Shown here one piece after another: positions 1 to 13,297 of a DNA stretch of 64,000 bases. Source of the stretch: Chiloscyllium plagiosum. Taxonomy: Eukaryota. The notes below the pieces were generated by a model that saw only the letters and a program-made list of their open reading frames with translations, did no database searches and had not been told where the DNA came from. The stretch is from contig NC_057751.1 of NCBI RefSeq assembly GCF_004010195.1, positions 1,589,167 through 1,653,166 of the forward strand. Reading direction: 5' to 3'. The position numbers and the translations under genes are program-made. Numbering within the stretch: position 1 is the first letter of the stretch; each line of letters begins with the position of its first letter.

Positions 1-465
1 GAAGCAAAACACTTTATTCTTAGCCTCCAGTTAAAATACAAAAGAAATTGGTATAACATTAACTCTATTGGGAAACTTAATGGAACAGTAGATTATTTAA
101 CTGTGAAACAGTAACCGCTCCAGTATATGAATACCCCATAAACACAGCCTTAGCAAAGGCAAATTCAGTAAAGTAGTTTGTTTCAAATGAGGTATATCTC
201 CAGAAGGAAAAAAAACACCAGGAGAAAATTCTAGGTGAGAGAAAGATATTGCAGCTTCCATAACCAACTTCAAAACCCCAACAACTGGAAGTTAAACGAA
301 AACCCTGGTTCTAAGGGAGCCTGATTCCACCCATTCATGCTGCTTCTATTGTTCTAACTTTTTCAAAATCTCAAAGGCATAACAAGCTATGTTTACACTT
401 TAGTGGCTTAGAAGAGGCAACTTGGCACTGATAGCTCAAAACCTCGCCTCAAAAACAAAACCAGT

Positions 466-665
466 CAGACATCAGATTGAAGTCGAACAGGTTTATTTGA
501 AATCACAAGCTTTGTGAGCACTGCCCCTTGGTCAGGGTTCACCCGATGAAGGAGCATTGCCCCATAGCCTTGTGATTTCAAACAAACCTGTTGGACTCCA
601 AGCTGATGTTGTGTGATTTCTGACTTTGTCCACCCCCAGTCTAACAACGGCACCTGCACGTCAAA
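466..665. mobile_element. Degenerate PLE-derived short element, inverted dimer
   Basis: aacaggtttatttgaaatcacaagc (about 486-510) is the reverse complement of ttgtgatttcaaacaaacctgtt (about 570-592). A decayed hammerhead-like core sits at about 543-570. Same family as 54905-54990. Confidence 0.6.
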
Positions 666-974
666 AGAAAGCCTGGACAAAATACACCTCTCAAAGCCCT
701 ACTATTGTCCCAGTATTCAATAATGCCCTCAAAGCAACAGCTCTGCTACTGCCGATATCACTCCCACTGAGTCATAACAACCTTAGTTCCAGTGTCACTC
801 AAGACTTCAGTTCGAAGGCTGACACTTGAAGACAGCAGTGTCTTGGGTGCTGCATCGTCTTTTGAAAAGGTATTAAAATCCAGGCAGGAGAGTTCATTGG
901 GTGTCTTGAAACATAATTCGCTCATCAGCAAACTAACGGAAAACAGTACCTGGTCCAGGATCCTCTCCAGGTAA

Positions 975-1310
975 ATTTTCAGTTTGAGTCAGTAGTTCGG
1001 AAGACAAATGCAATGATGACATTTATTTGGAGAGGACTTGAATATAAAAGCAGGGATGCACTTCTGAGGCTCTATAAGGCTCTGGTCAGACCACATTTGG
1101 AGTATTGTGTGCAGTTTTGGGCTCCATATCTCAGGAAGGATGTCCTGGCCCTGGAGCGTGCTCAGAGGAGGTTCATGAGAATGGTCCCAGGAATGAAAAA
1201 ATTGAACATACGAGGAATGTTTGTGGACTCTGGGACTATACTCGATGGAGTTTAGAAGGATGAGGGAGGATCTAATTGAAACTTACAGACTACTGAATGG
1301 CCTGGACAAC
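975..1310 (+). mobile_element. CR1-type LINE fragment (RT C-terminal region)
   Basis: ORF 1013..1255: LLRLYKALVRPHLEYCVQFWAPYLRKDVLALERAQRRF, the CR1 ORF2 C-terminal signature. Confidence 0.9.
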
Positions 1311-1774
1311 TGCACCAACATTTTCTGTGTTTGTTTCAGAACTCCAGCACCCGTAATTCTTGGTTTTATCATAGAATCCTGTCAGAACTTGGAGCACTCA
1401 CAAGCAGAATGTATGATTGACAACAGGGTTCCTAGACTGTAAATAATATTTGAAAGATCTCTGCAAGGAACAGTATTTGCGAACAACACCTCCAGAGAAA
1501 TGCTTGAAAAGCCCTGGTGATCCCCTAAGTACACAGTGGATTATGATAATAGCTTCCATTCAGTGCCATTATTTGTGAAGAAACAAGAACTAAGCTGGAA
1601 TTATCCTCGAGAGTACAAGTTGAGGAACGAATATACTTATTAACAGCTAACTGGTTTCACCAAATGCTGAATATATGTGTGAGACAACTGAATGCACATT
1701 CCTCTCGTCCCCTGTAAATCCTTCCTCCCAATTTACACACTGCTCCGTGCTTGACAGAGGAAGCAAGGTCAACT

Positions 1775-2640
1775 GGTGGCACAAAGACAAGTGGAGGAAC
1801 AGATAGTGTTGACAAAATGGGAAGGTTGCACAAGGACCTGGACAGGCTCGGAGAATGGGCAGATGGAATACAACTAGGAGGTTTTGCATTTGGCTGGAGG
1901 AATAGAGGCGCAGACCATTTTCTAAATGTGGCAAGGCTTCAGAAATCTGAAGCACAAATGGACTTGGGAGTCCGAGCTCAGGATTCTCTTAAGGTTAACA
2001 TGCTCGTTCAGTTGGCAGTTAGGAAGGAAACTGCAATGTTTACTTTGAGAGCGGAGATGTACTGCTAAGGCTGTAGAAGGCTCTGGTCAGACCACATTTG
2101 GAATTGGTGAGCAGTTTTGGACCCTGTATCTAAGGAAGGATGTGTTGGCCTTGAAGGGAATCCATAAGAGGTTTAGAAGTATGATCTTGGGGATGAAGGG
2201 CTTGTCATTTAGGGAACAGTTCATGACTCTGCGTCTGTACTCAATGGAGTTTAGAAGGATGACAGGGGATCTGACTGAAGCTTAGAAAATCCCGAGAGGC
2301 CTGTTGATTGAGGATGTAGAGAAGATGCTTTCACCATGAGAAAAGACAAGTACTCAAGGACACAGCCTCAGAGCAAAGAAATGACCCTTTAGCATGGAGA
2401 TGAGGAGACATTTCTTCTGTCAGAGAATGTGAAGAATCTGTGGATCTCACTGTCACAGAGGGCTGTGGAAGCCAAGTCACGAAGTGTTTGTGAGCCAGAG
2501 ATAGAAATGTTCTTAATTGGCAACTAGATCAAAAGCGTGATGGGGAGGAGGCAAGGGAATGGGGTTGACAAATATATCAGCTATGATCGAATGGCAGAGC
2601 AGATTCGATGGGCCAAATGGCCTCATTCTGCTCCTGTATT
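1775..2640 (+). mobile_element. CR1-type LINE 3' fragment
   Basis: Degenerate LHKDLDRLGEWA...LVRPHLE... followed by the CR1 3' UTR (gcagattcgatgggccaaatggcct). Confidence 0.85.
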
Positions 2641-2917
2641 GGGCAGGAAGGCTAAAAGTTAAGTCAACAGATGAGCAATCACAGATGTCTAAGGAGCTAT
2701 TGAATTCCTCACGATTAAACTATATCCCAGAGAGAAACAAAGATGGGAAAGCAGGGGGGCAGTGGAAAAAAGCCACCCATGGCTGAACAAGCAAGTCAAG
2801 GACAACACGAAGTCAAAATTAAGCTATATCATATTGCAAAGGCCTGTGGCAGAACGGAAGACTGGGAAACTTCCAAATATAAACAAAGGGATACTAAAAA
2901 AATTAATAAAAAGAATT

Positions 2918-3555
2918 ATGACAGGAAACTCTCCTGTACACATTGAACAAACACTGACCCATCTAACGAACTTGAGCTATAGCTTTCCCCATCAATATCA
3001 GGAAAGTTAAAGTCCCCCATAACAACCACCCTATTACTGTCACTCATCTCCTGAATCACCTTCCCTATCCTTTCTTCAATGATTCTAGGACTATTAGGAG
3101 GCCTGTAAAAAACTCCTAACAGGGTGAGCTCACCTTTCCTATTCCTAACCTCAGCCCAAACTACCTCGGATGGCAAGTCCTCATCCATCGTCCTTTCCAC
3201 CACTGTAATACTATCTTTGACAAGCAATGCCACACCTCCCCCTCTTTTACCCCCCCCCCCCTCCCCACTCAAACATTTAAATCCTGGAACCTGCACCAGC
3301 CAATCCTGTCCCTGTTCTAGCCATGTCTCCGTAATAGCCACAACATCGAAGTCCCAGGTACCAACCCACGCTGCAAGTTCACCTACCTTATTTCGTATAC
3401 TTCTTGCATTGAAGTATACACACTTCAAGCCACTTCCCTGTTTACAGGCACCCTCCTTGGAAATTGATGCCATGTTCCTCACCTCCCTACACTCCAGGCC
3501 CTGCACCCTGAAGCTACAATCTGGGTTCCCATGCCCCTGCCGAGTTAGTTTAACA
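2918..3555 (-). mobile_element. CR1-type LINE APE-endonuclease fragment, open frame
   Basis: ORF 2916..3614: LKCVYFNARSIRNK...VAITETWL...GGGVALLV...VFYRPP...VVMGDFNFPDID; truncated before the SDH motif. Confidence 0.92.
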
Positions 3556-3902
3556 CTTCTGGAAGGTGTTTGATAAGGTGCTGCACAAAAGATTAATTCA
3601 CACGTTTGGATCATATGGGGTTAAGGGAATTTATTGGCCTGGATAGATGACAGGCTGATGGACAGGAGACAGAGAGTTGGGATAAATGGATTTTTTTTCT
3701 GGATGGCAAGATGTAAGGAGAGGGGTGCCACAGGGTTCACTTCTTGGACCCCAACTATTTACAATCTATATTAACAACTTAGGGATAGAAGGCTCAAGAG
3801 CGCAGATGACACAAAAGTAGGCATTCAAAGTTTGGGAGAAGATTTGTAACTTGGGTGCTCATTGTTGTGGTTCTGTTCGCTGAGCTGGGAATTTGTGTTG
3901 TA

Positions 3903-3936
3903 GACGTTTCGTCCCCTGTCTAGGTGACATCCTCAG
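3903..3936 (-). ncRNA. Minimal hammerhead motif (stem I mismatched)
   Basis: Reverse complement reads gca-CTGAGGA-T-GTCACCTagacAGGGGAC-GAAA-CGTC-tac. Confidence 0.6.
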
Positions 3937-4872
3937 TGCTTGGGAGCCTCCTGTTAAGCGCTTCTGTGATATTTCCTCCGGCATTTATAGTGATTTGTAC
4001 CTGCCGCTTCCGGTTGTCAGTTCCAGCTGTCCACTGCAGTGGTCGGTATATTGGGTCCAGGTCGATCTGCTTTTTGATTGAATCTGTGGATGAGTGCCAT
4101 GCCTCTAGGAATTCCCTAGCTGTTCTCTGTTTGGCTTGTCCTATAATAGTAATGTTGTCCCAGTTGAATTCATGTTTCTTGTCATCTGCGTGTGTGGCTA
4201 CTAGGGATAGCTGGTTGCGTCGTTTCGTGGCTAGTTGGTGTTCATGGATGCGGATCGTTAGCTGTCTTCATGTTTGTCCTATGCAGTGTTTTGTGCAGTC
4301 CTTGCATGGGATTTTGAACACATTGGTTTTGCTCATGCTGGGTATCGGGTCCTTCGTTCTGGTGAGTTGTTGTCAGAGAGTGGCTGTTGGTTTGTGTGCT
4401 GTTATGAGTCTTAGTGGTCGCAGTAGTCTGGCTGTCAGTTCGGAAATGCTCTTGATGTATGGTAGTGTGGCTAGTCCTTTGGGTTGCGNNNNNNNNNNNN
4501 NNNNNNNNNNNNATTCCTGTGAGTGTGGCGTTGATGATCCGGTTTGTGTTCTCTATTTCTGTGTTTTTAATGATTACAAAGGTATCATCTACATATCTGA
4601 CCCAGAGATTGGGTTGAATTTTCGGTAAAACTGTTTGTTCTAACCTTTGCATTACACTACTATTATAGGACAATCCAAATAGAGAACAGCCAGGGAATTC
4701 CTAGAGGCATGGCACTCATCCACAGATTCAATCAATAAGCACATCGACCTGGACCCAATATACCGACCACTGCAACGGACAGCTGGAATCGACAACCGGA
4801 AGTGGCAGGGACAGACCACTATAAACACCGGAGGAAACATCACAGAAGCGCTTCACAGGAGGCTCCCAAGCA

Positions 4873-4907
4873 CTGAGGATGTCACCTAGACAGGGGACGG
4901 AAACGTC
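4873..4907 (+). ncRNA. Minimal hammerhead ribozyme motif in PLE terminal repeat
   Basis: gca-CTGAGGA-T-GTCACCT agac AGGGGAC-G-GAAA-CGTC-tgc: core intact, GUC site, 3-bp stem I (gca/tgc). Confidence 0.7.
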
Positions 4908-5312
4908 TGCAACACAAATTCCCAGCTCGGCAAACACAACCACAACAAAAGTAGGCAGGACGGTAAATTGCATTGAGGAAATAAGAACCTTACAAATGGA
5001 TATGGCTCTGTGAGGAAACTGGGCCAATATGCGGCAGATGGAGCTTAATGTGGATAAGTAAGAGGTCATGCATTTTGGTTGAAAAAATAGGAAGACAATG
5101 TTATCTTAATGAGGACAGACTTCAGGGTGCTCCAGTGCAGAGGGATCCAAGTATACGCATTCATTAATCACAGAAAACTAACATGCAAGTATAGCAGATA
5201 ATAAAGAAAGTGAATGGAAAGTTGGCTTTTATAGCCAAAGAAATCGAAGATAAAGGTAAGGAAGTATTTTTGCCACTATCCTGGAGTATTCTGCGCAGTT
5301 TCAGTCCCCTTG

Positions 5313-5795
5313 CAGTCATAGAGACGTACAGCACGGAAACAGTCCCTCAGGTCCAATTCATTCATGCTGATCAGATATCCTAATCGCGTCTAGTCTCTTT
5401 TGCTCGCACTTGGCCCATATCCCTCTAAACATTTCCTGGTCATATACTAATCCTGACGCCTTTTAAATGCTGTAATTGTACCAGCCTCCATCACTTCCTC
5501 TGGTTGCTCATTCCATACACGCACCACCCTCTGTGTGAAAAAGTTGCTCCTCAGGTCCCTTTTCAATGTTTCCCCCTTTCATCCTAAACATATTGCCCTC
5601 CACTTCTAGACTCCCCTACCCAAGGGAAAAGACCTTGTCAATTTACCCTATCCATGTCCCTCATGACTTTATAAACCTCTATAAGGTCACCCCTCAGCCT
5701 CCGACGCTCCAGGGAAAACAGCCCCAGCCTATTCAGCCTCTCCCTGTAGCTCAAATCCTCCAACCCTGGCAACATCCTTGTAAATCTTTTCTGAA
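5313..5795 (-). mobile_element. CR1/HER1-type LINE 3' end
   Basis: Reverse complement of RVQKRFTRMLPGLEDLSY...3' UTR; flanked by CCCTTG (5307-5312, 5796-5801). Confidence 0.88.
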
Positions 5796-8700
5796 CCCTT
5801 GGAGGAAAGATGGAGTGGCAGTGGAGGCAGTTCAGAGGAGGTTCACGAGATTGATCCCAGACATGAGGGATTTGTCATATGAAGAGAGATTGAACAGTTT
5901 AGTCACATGCTCTCTAGAATTTAGGAGAGCGAGGGGAGATCAAAATGAGGGATTCAAGGTGACAAAAGGTGTGGATAGAATAGACGTACAGCGGATGCAT
6001 TCTGGGACAGGAGGTCATAGCAAATTCAAAACAAAATCGAGGAGAAACTCCTTCTCCCAAAGGGTTGTGAATCTGTGTAATTTGCTACCCGTTGGTGCAG
6101 TGGATGCTGCTGGGACAGTGAATAAATTTAAGGAGGAGTCAGACAGATTTTGTAATTGGTAATGGGTTGAAGGGACATGAAGAGAAGGCAGGAAAATAGG
6201 GGTGAGGAGCATATCAGCCATGACCAAATGGCGGAGCAGACTCGATGGGCTTAATGGCCTCAACCCACGTCCTGTATCTTATGAACTAATGAATGATAAC
6301 TTATGGTCCAATGGGCTAAGACCCAGACAGCAGTGAAGACGGTATCTATCTTCTAGACAAGAACAGAGATATTTCAGTGACCTGAATTCTGGCTGATGAA
6401 ACGTGAAGCATCTTCAGAGTGGGTCTTTGAAAAGATATTGTGAATGAGGCTTAGTTGAACTTATCCTTCTCCTCCATTAGAAAGACTGTTTGCATTTTTC
6501 TGTAAGTTTGATTGTGGACTGCAATGAATAAAAGCCAAGTTTCATGGAAGGGTAACTGCACTTATTAGAATTACCCCAGTGAGATGACACATTAGGTTAC
6601 AATAATAATTAGCATATAGACTTCACTTTTTAATTCAATTGAAGACATAAACTTCAAATGTGGACATGAACTTCACCCTATTCAACAAATTTTGTCACTG
6701 GAAAGTTAAAAGTTGAGTTTGGGTTATATTGTCAGCTCTATGCATACAATATGCAGCACATTCACAGGCTGTGTGTTCAAGTCAATGTTGGTCTTGAAGG
6801 TCAACACGAGCTTCCTTCCAATCTATCTACTTGGTCTCAACCGATCAGTTCCTCCTATTCCTTTTTCATGCACTTAGATATACTTCAGGGGAATTTAGAT
6901 ATTTGTTTCAACTACTCCAGACTTTCCAGTAAAGCAGCTAACTTGCTGACTTCCTTAAATTTAGACTACTTTGGAGTTTTCTATCTTCTCTATGTACTAA
7001 AGATCAGATTGACATTATGCTGGGTGGTTGAACGTAAGTAACGCACAAGAGACAATGAGAAAGAATATCTTTCTGGAACACGACAAACCTCGGCTCAAGT
7101 TAAATGTTATCTGCTGTCACAATGACTCAGCACTGAAACACACACCCTGCAGCTAGTCCGAGGCAGAACTACAGTTCACCCTTCACTTCATCGACCTTTG
7201 CAAAAAAAACATATTTTTGATGAGCTGTGAGGCCAGCTCAATCTTCTCCATTCAAGGAGAAAAGAATATGACTGTGCAGCGTCTAAATCTGGATGATCTA
7301 GGGAGCCACTGGTCAACCAACAATCCTCAAAGAGAAGGATGACTAGCAATGAAGAAATGACTTGAGTTCACATGGCAGGAAAGCAATTAAGACAAGAATC
7401 TGTCAGTCTTCAGTACTTCTGACTGTGGCTGTATTCAGCTGCAGCAAACTCTGAATGAATGTGATTTACAGTGTACAGCATGAGAAGACCATTGCCAGTA
7501 AGTGCTATAATGCTGCTCTCAGTGTCACTTCACATACCATGAAATGACAGGAGATTTAAGATGAGGAACAAATAACTTCAGATCTATCATTCTCCAACTT
7601 CTCCCCCAAATTGGACAAGATCCTTCCCCCAGGTTTGGGCTTATTGGGCGAGAAATTAATAGCTATGGTTAGTTAAAAACTCCATTGTTATTGAGACATG
7701 CAATGAGCAGCAGGCTAGAAGATGAACATAATGCTGCCTCTTTTGGCAGAGTATTTGTGCCTCTACCTCTGGGTCAAAAGGTACACTTTCATGCCCCACA
7801 TGCCCCAGTGAATGTGTCATAAACAGGTCCAAACAGAATTAGAAAAAGCATTCAGTCCAGTTGTGTGGCCACAGAGATAAAGAGACTGACTTCTGTTGGG
7901 ATAGTAATGCTGGCTGGAGATTGCAGGTTTGATCGACAATCATTTAAGAGGACCTTGGGGCAAATAGCGCCCAGACCTCTTGGCCAAAATACTCTGGTTC
8001 AAGCCCCACCAACCACAGGATGACCAGCTTCATTCAAAATAACTCAAATTTGAACTTAACGAATAGTAATCACGTTTCAACCTTAAATTGCTGTCTTTTG
8101 GTACCTGGAAATCACTGAAAGAACTGCACTGAGACCAGTATCACATCACCAAGTCACCCCTTGTTTTCTTGTGCACAGTACACTAGCTGTGGCCAGCCCA
8201 CTCGGAATCAGTCCCCTGAACTGAGAAAATGCTAAATCCTCTGTAAAGATTGGTCAGCCAAGGCTTTCCTGATTGGCCCAGGTTAACAACCCCAATCAAG
8301 GATGTTGCAGCCAAGACAACCAACCTGGCTCCAATCACTACAATTGCCCTTGTCAAGGCTGAAATGCATTGACTTTGCTGTTAAAGAGATGAGTCCAGCA
8401 CTGTATGTTCTGGGATACAGCAGCAAACTTAAATAAACTCCAATCATCTGAGGAATGCTGAAGAGACAATGGCAGGCCTGGATGATTGGAAATGAAATGA
8501 TAAAGACTTGCAGTCTTCAAATACAAGTTGCCAAGAGAAATTAATAAAAGGCTTTCCCAAAAGAAATTGATGACAGAAATTCTCAAAAATATGCCTTCTG
8601 CAACAATGCATCTTCAGGGTGGGGAGCAAGGTCAAATAGAAACCTGTTGCAGACTCTCAAATTGTGCTCTCCATCCTCTCTCTCTCTGTCTCTCTCTCTC

Positions 8701-10092
8701 TCAAAAACAGTAATGTGAATTCAGAGTGCCTTCACCATCGTACAGCCCAAGATGGTTCACAGGGGTGTAACACAGCAACATAACAAAATGAGCCAGAATT
8801 ACTCAAAGAAAACCAGGCAATGGAGTGTCACTGATGTAAAAGGCCAAGACGAACAGCTGAGCAGCTCCAGACACAAATTACAGAATGCATCAAAAGAGAC
8901 AACTTCAGTTTTGTTTGCAGTCCTTCAGAAACTAAGTACTGTTAAATTTAAATGACTGTCGTTGAAATAATGGAGAATGCAAGATGAGAAGGATAGCTTT
9001 CTGGAAAGTACTTCAGTAAAGGATTCTGATTGTATTGTGACAGATCTAACATGAACAGTTTGTCAATGACAATGAATGAACAGCTTTGCCAAAAGTGAGC
9101 AAACAAATGCTGGGGGAAAAAAAATAGGCCAAGCCCCAATTCCACTATCCAACTTTCCATACTGCATCAAAGAGACCAAACATCATTGTCAGTTTCTCCT
9201 TCAAACAAATTCCCTGAAGCCCAGATCACCAGGACTTCAGAGAGTTTGCACTGCCATTTAAAAAGGTATTTACCAGTTTAAATTACTGGAAAACTAAGGA
9301 TGTTACTGTCCGCTCACTGGATGAAGGAATATGGCAAGGGAACAAACAGGGTGGCCCGAGAGAGATCCTCAACCCCTTATCACCTCAAATGTGCGTTCGT
9401 CACAAAGGCCCAATGGGGATTTTGACTCGCCACCAATTAAACATTGCAAGTGATGGCTAACTAATGGCCTCAACTTTGTGACAGTGGAGAACTGAGAACC
9501 GAGATGACCTACACACTGGGTTGGAGCAGCAGTCTCCATTTGTCTCAGTCCCGCACCAGTTGGGGAGAGGGATTTGGGTGGGGCGAGTAGGGAGAGGACC
9601 AAAGGAGTGGCAGCAGAAGGCCAGCTCCCTGACCTTCCCTCCAACTCAACAGAACCTCCGCGCAGCTGTGACTCCAACCTCACAATACCCAAAAGGAAAA
9701 GCACTTGGCACCAGCTAAGAACTTGACCAGACAGGTCTGTCAGCAATGATCTGCAGGACCCAGAGCTGCTGGTTTCTGATTGGCCAGCAGCTTCTGGCAA
9801 GGTGGAACTTCAGCCTTGGGGCTGGTGACTGGTTGAGGAGCTTGCTTATCAGCCGGGAAGTGTATGGCATCACTGAGTGTTCCCCCAGAGATGGCGGGGA
9901 GTGAGTAAAGTCACCTGACCACACACGCAGTGCGCATGGCACCACCTGCCAGCCAAAACAGCAAATCTCACAAACTACAGAGACTCCATGTAGCCCAGCC
10001 AAAACTGATAGGCAGAATGATCAGATGATGAATGGAAACAAGATTTATGATGCACCATTAGCAGTTGAAAATAAAGTATTCAGGAGAGAGAC

Positions 10093-10390
10093 TAGATTAC
10101 TTTAGTGTGGAAACAGGCCCTTCGGCCCAACAAGTCCACACCGACCCGCTGAAGCGCAAGCCACCCACACCCCTACACACCCTTACCTAACACTACAGAC
10201 AATTTGGCATGGCCAATTCACCTGACCTGCACATCTTTGGACTGTGGGAGGAAACCGGAGCACCCGGAGGAAACCCACGCAGACACGGGGAGAATGTGCA
10301 AACTCCACACCGTCAGTCACCTGAGGCAGGAATTGAACCCGGGTCTCTGGCGCTGTGAGGCAGCAGTGCTAACCAAGTGCCGCCCACTTG
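10093..10390 (-). mobile_element. HE1-type tRNA-derived SINE
   Basis: Reverse complement has ggttagcactgctgcctcacagcgccagagacccgggttcaattcc (A/B boxes), the central gtgtggagtttgcacattctccccgtgtctgcgtgggtttcctccggg domain and a LINE-like tail. Confidence 0.9.
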
Positions 10391-10781
10391 GACATGGAAG
10401 AGTAGAAAAGAGAACAGGGAGAAGTAGAGATGAATGGAGAGCAAGTGGGAGAGAGAGGAAAGAGATCTGGGAGAAAAGTGACACAGTGGGTAGGGGAGAG
10501 ATATGGAGACAAAGTAGTGAGCAAGGCAACACGGAGGCACAGAACATGGAAATGGAAAGAGAGTGGGGAGGAATGGACTGTGCAGAGGGAGGGAGAGAAA
10601 CTATGTGCATGGGGAGTGAGCAGGAATGGGTTTGAGTGAGCGCCGTGTCCAGGGGCAAATCGTGTGTGCAAGGGACAGATTTGAGGGATGAGAGAAAATC
10701 AGTCAGGATAGACAGGACGATTGAGATTTTCAAATAAAATGCGAACCAAACTCAAGGCAGAGCTGCTGAATATGACCATAC

Positions 10782-10947
10782 CTGACCTCCAGCTGGTTGG
10801 AATCTGGACAGTACAGAGGTCGTCCGAGGACTCATCCGTTGATGTGCCAATGAAGTCAAAGTTGAGACAGTTGTGAGCCAGTTTGAGAAGCTGCATAAGG
10901 AGACCATGCTGGCTTTCATCATTCAGATTGAAGCTTTTTCCAGATGC
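10782..10947 (-). CDS. XPO7: Exportin-7 coding exon 7 (166 nt)
   Basis: ttgcag|GCA...TCA G|gtatgg; [55 protein letters not shown] (within ORF 10699..10968). I found no exon 8 in 1-10781. Confidence 0.97.
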
Positions 10948-12537
10948 CTGCAAGAATGTGCACGCCATTAGCTATTGATCCAAGCAACACGTATTCAAAC
11001 TAAGTGCAGGGCTTTGACATTTTCAACACCATCAATGGCATTTCACTACAAAGGGTCACGTTTTCAGCTGAGCCTCCTGAACTGGGAGAACCAGTGTCAT
11101 CTCAAACAACAAAGTTACTCGAATGTTATCCAGTCAGCTTGTTGATCTCACATTTCCTAGTATCATACACTGGTCCACAACAGACATGTATTACTTCCAG
11201 AGCAGCGACACATTAAGGAATGCTTCAAGTGGGTCAGCTTTTATCTGATGTTTGGACAAATATTAAGGCATCATAGCGACAGTCCATTTGTAACCTACTA
11301 TTTCCGGCTGACAGGCACTCCAGACTTGGGGAAAAGGCCCAGCAGAATGAGGTAGCAAATAATACTTAGCATTGGGCCCATGCTCACTGGCCAAAAAACT
11401 GGACACAAGATGCACAGGGGTAAACAGCACATTTATCCCAAAGTGCCAGGAGAAATTTACTCAAAGGGGTGTTGAACAGGACAAAAATCACTCCTGCATA
11501 GAGAACTGTCAGAATCTCAAAGGTGAGGCTCCTCCAATCATCAGAGGCTTCCCTGTCATGGTTGCTACTGACAAACTTACTCGCTAACCTCCTAATGGAG
11601 TGGAGCAAGACATGCACATGGCAAGAGAAAAGGAGGCGGTAAAGGGAACAATTTTAAATAGGAGATGTAGGAACACTCGGCTGAGAAGGGGCCAAGCGAA
11701 CTGAGGTCATGCGCCCCTTGCAAATAAATGCAGAATCGCTTGCCGAAGGCCGCGTACGTTCAGGAATTATTTTGTAGAGTGAAAATGTAGTGGCTGAGCT
11801 TGCATTAAACATTGTGACAATTATTAATTTAAAAATGAGACTGAATCTGACAGTAAAAATAAAATGAGTTGTCACCTGACCAATCCAGAATGTATATTTC
11901 AGTTGACGGTTTTGTGTATGTGGAAGGATGTGCCAGTTATTTGGGAAAGTAATTTGTATTGTTGATTGAAACCTCTGATAGTGGTCCACATTAAGAAGGA
12001 TAATGTTTGCTGTGTGTACTGTGATGGCTAAGTTTAATAGAGGACATGGATGAATTCTTTTATTTCTGCTTCCAACTCCCCTCTTGGTCAACACCAATAC
12101 AAATGGTATTGTTAGTACATTAATTTATCATCTCATGGAGTACAATGTGAAAATCAAAACAGACAAGTAGCGATCCAGAAAACTCATTCTGACTCCCATT
12201 CATAATTCCAAGAATGCTGGGGGGATTGGGGACGAGTGAATAAAGGCTAGGAGAAAGGAGATGTACCAAGGCCTGTGATTGCTCATCTCTTGTGCCAGGA
12301 TGTGCTGAAGGGGAAAAAGGCAATGGAAAGGAAAACAGCACAAGGAAGAATTGTGGTCTTTTCTCCATGTCCCATATTTTTGCTTTTGAGATGGTTGACA
12401 TACATCACCCAGTTGTCTTTGAACACAAGGCTGCCTACAGGCACATCTGTGTCATCAACAGGATCACTGGATCATTGCAAGGTTCCATTAACAATCTATG
12501 ATGCAGCCTGATTGCCAGGCAAACATACAACATTTAC

Positions 12538-12642
12538 CTGCTTTAGTAAATTGCATGAGAGTGTGAAGATATCAAATAGTGATGTGTCTCGAAATGACGA
12601 TGCAATTTTCCTATGTTTTGTCAGCGGATGTGTAGTGTCAGC
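12538..12642 (-). CDS. XPO7: Exportin-7 coding exon 6 (105 nt)
   Basis: tttttttgatag|GCT...CAG|gtaaat; [35 protein letters not shown]. Confidence 0.97.
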
Positions 12643-12975
12643 CTATCAAAAAAAGACAAAATTATTAACCCATACATCAAATGCACTTCCAAGTAGAGAG
12701 ATGATATAACACTTCATGAATCACTGAAAGTAACGATGCATGTTAACAAGGCTATATGAAATGCAAAACAGAGCACTGAGGCTCACTGATAAAGCCCGAT
12801 AATAAGCAGAGAGGCTATCATTAACTTCGAGGGAAATCTGGTTGCAGCACACTGTCAAAGTGCTTTCAATGTTTATCTCCATGTTAGAAAACAATACACG
12901 GAGGTATTGAAGGATGTACAAAACATGAACAAGGATGTCACCACCAATGAGAGCTTATGATGGAGAGTGCCTTTT

Positions 12976-13297
12976 TAGATTCGAGATTAGATTCCCTACC
13001 GTGTGGAAACAGGCCCTTCGGCTCAACCAGTCCACACCAACCCTCTGAAGAGTAACCCACCCAGACCCATTCCCCTCTGACTAATCCAGCTAACACCATG
13101 GGCAATTTAGTATGTCCAATTCACCTGGCTAGCACATCTTTGGATTGTGGGAGGAAACCGGAGCACCCGGAGGAAACCCAAGCAGAAACAGGGAGAATGT
13201 GCAAACTCCACATAGACAGTCGCCCAAGGCTGGAATTGAACCTGGGACCCTGGTGCTGTGAGACAGCAGTGCTAACTACTGAGCCACCGTGCCGCCA
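12976..13297 (-). mobile_element. HE1-type SINE
   Basis: Same tRNA head, central domain and (aatct)-type tail. Confidence 0.9.

Larger units (their letters stand above)
3824..4944 (-). mobile_element. Penelope-like element (RT + GIY-YIG remnants) with inverted terminal copy
   Basis: Minus strand WVRYVDDTFVI (RT) and NVFKIPCKDC...IGQT.RQLTIRIHEH...REFLEAWHS (GIY-YIG). About 3862-4150 is mirrored by about 4655-4945. Flanked by the 13-bp duplication ACAAAAGTAGGCA (3811-3823, 4945-4957). Contains an N gap. Confidence 0.9.
2690..6290 (+). mobile_element. Old CR1-type LINE interrupted by three insertions
   Basis: Colinear plus-strand pieces at 2690-2916 (PWLNK linker), 3556-3823 (FDKV.HKRL...GVPQGSLLGP...ADDTK), 4945-5312 and 5796-6290 (VQRRFTRLIP...3' UTR). 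Confidence 0.85.

Noticed and set aside
3124..4628. Plus-strand ORFs 3124..3573 and 3924..4628 as genes
   Set aside because: Antisense shadows of the CR1 endonuclease and PLE coding remnants.
10392..10640. Purine-rich stretch with several overlapping ORFs
   Set aside because: Low-complexity GA-rich sequence next to a SINE, with no splice or protein signal.
1..10781. XPO7 exon 8 (expected AFLDSSTLQLFF-like)
   Set aside because: No matching minus-strand sequence found by eye; it probably lies outside the window, though I could have missed it.
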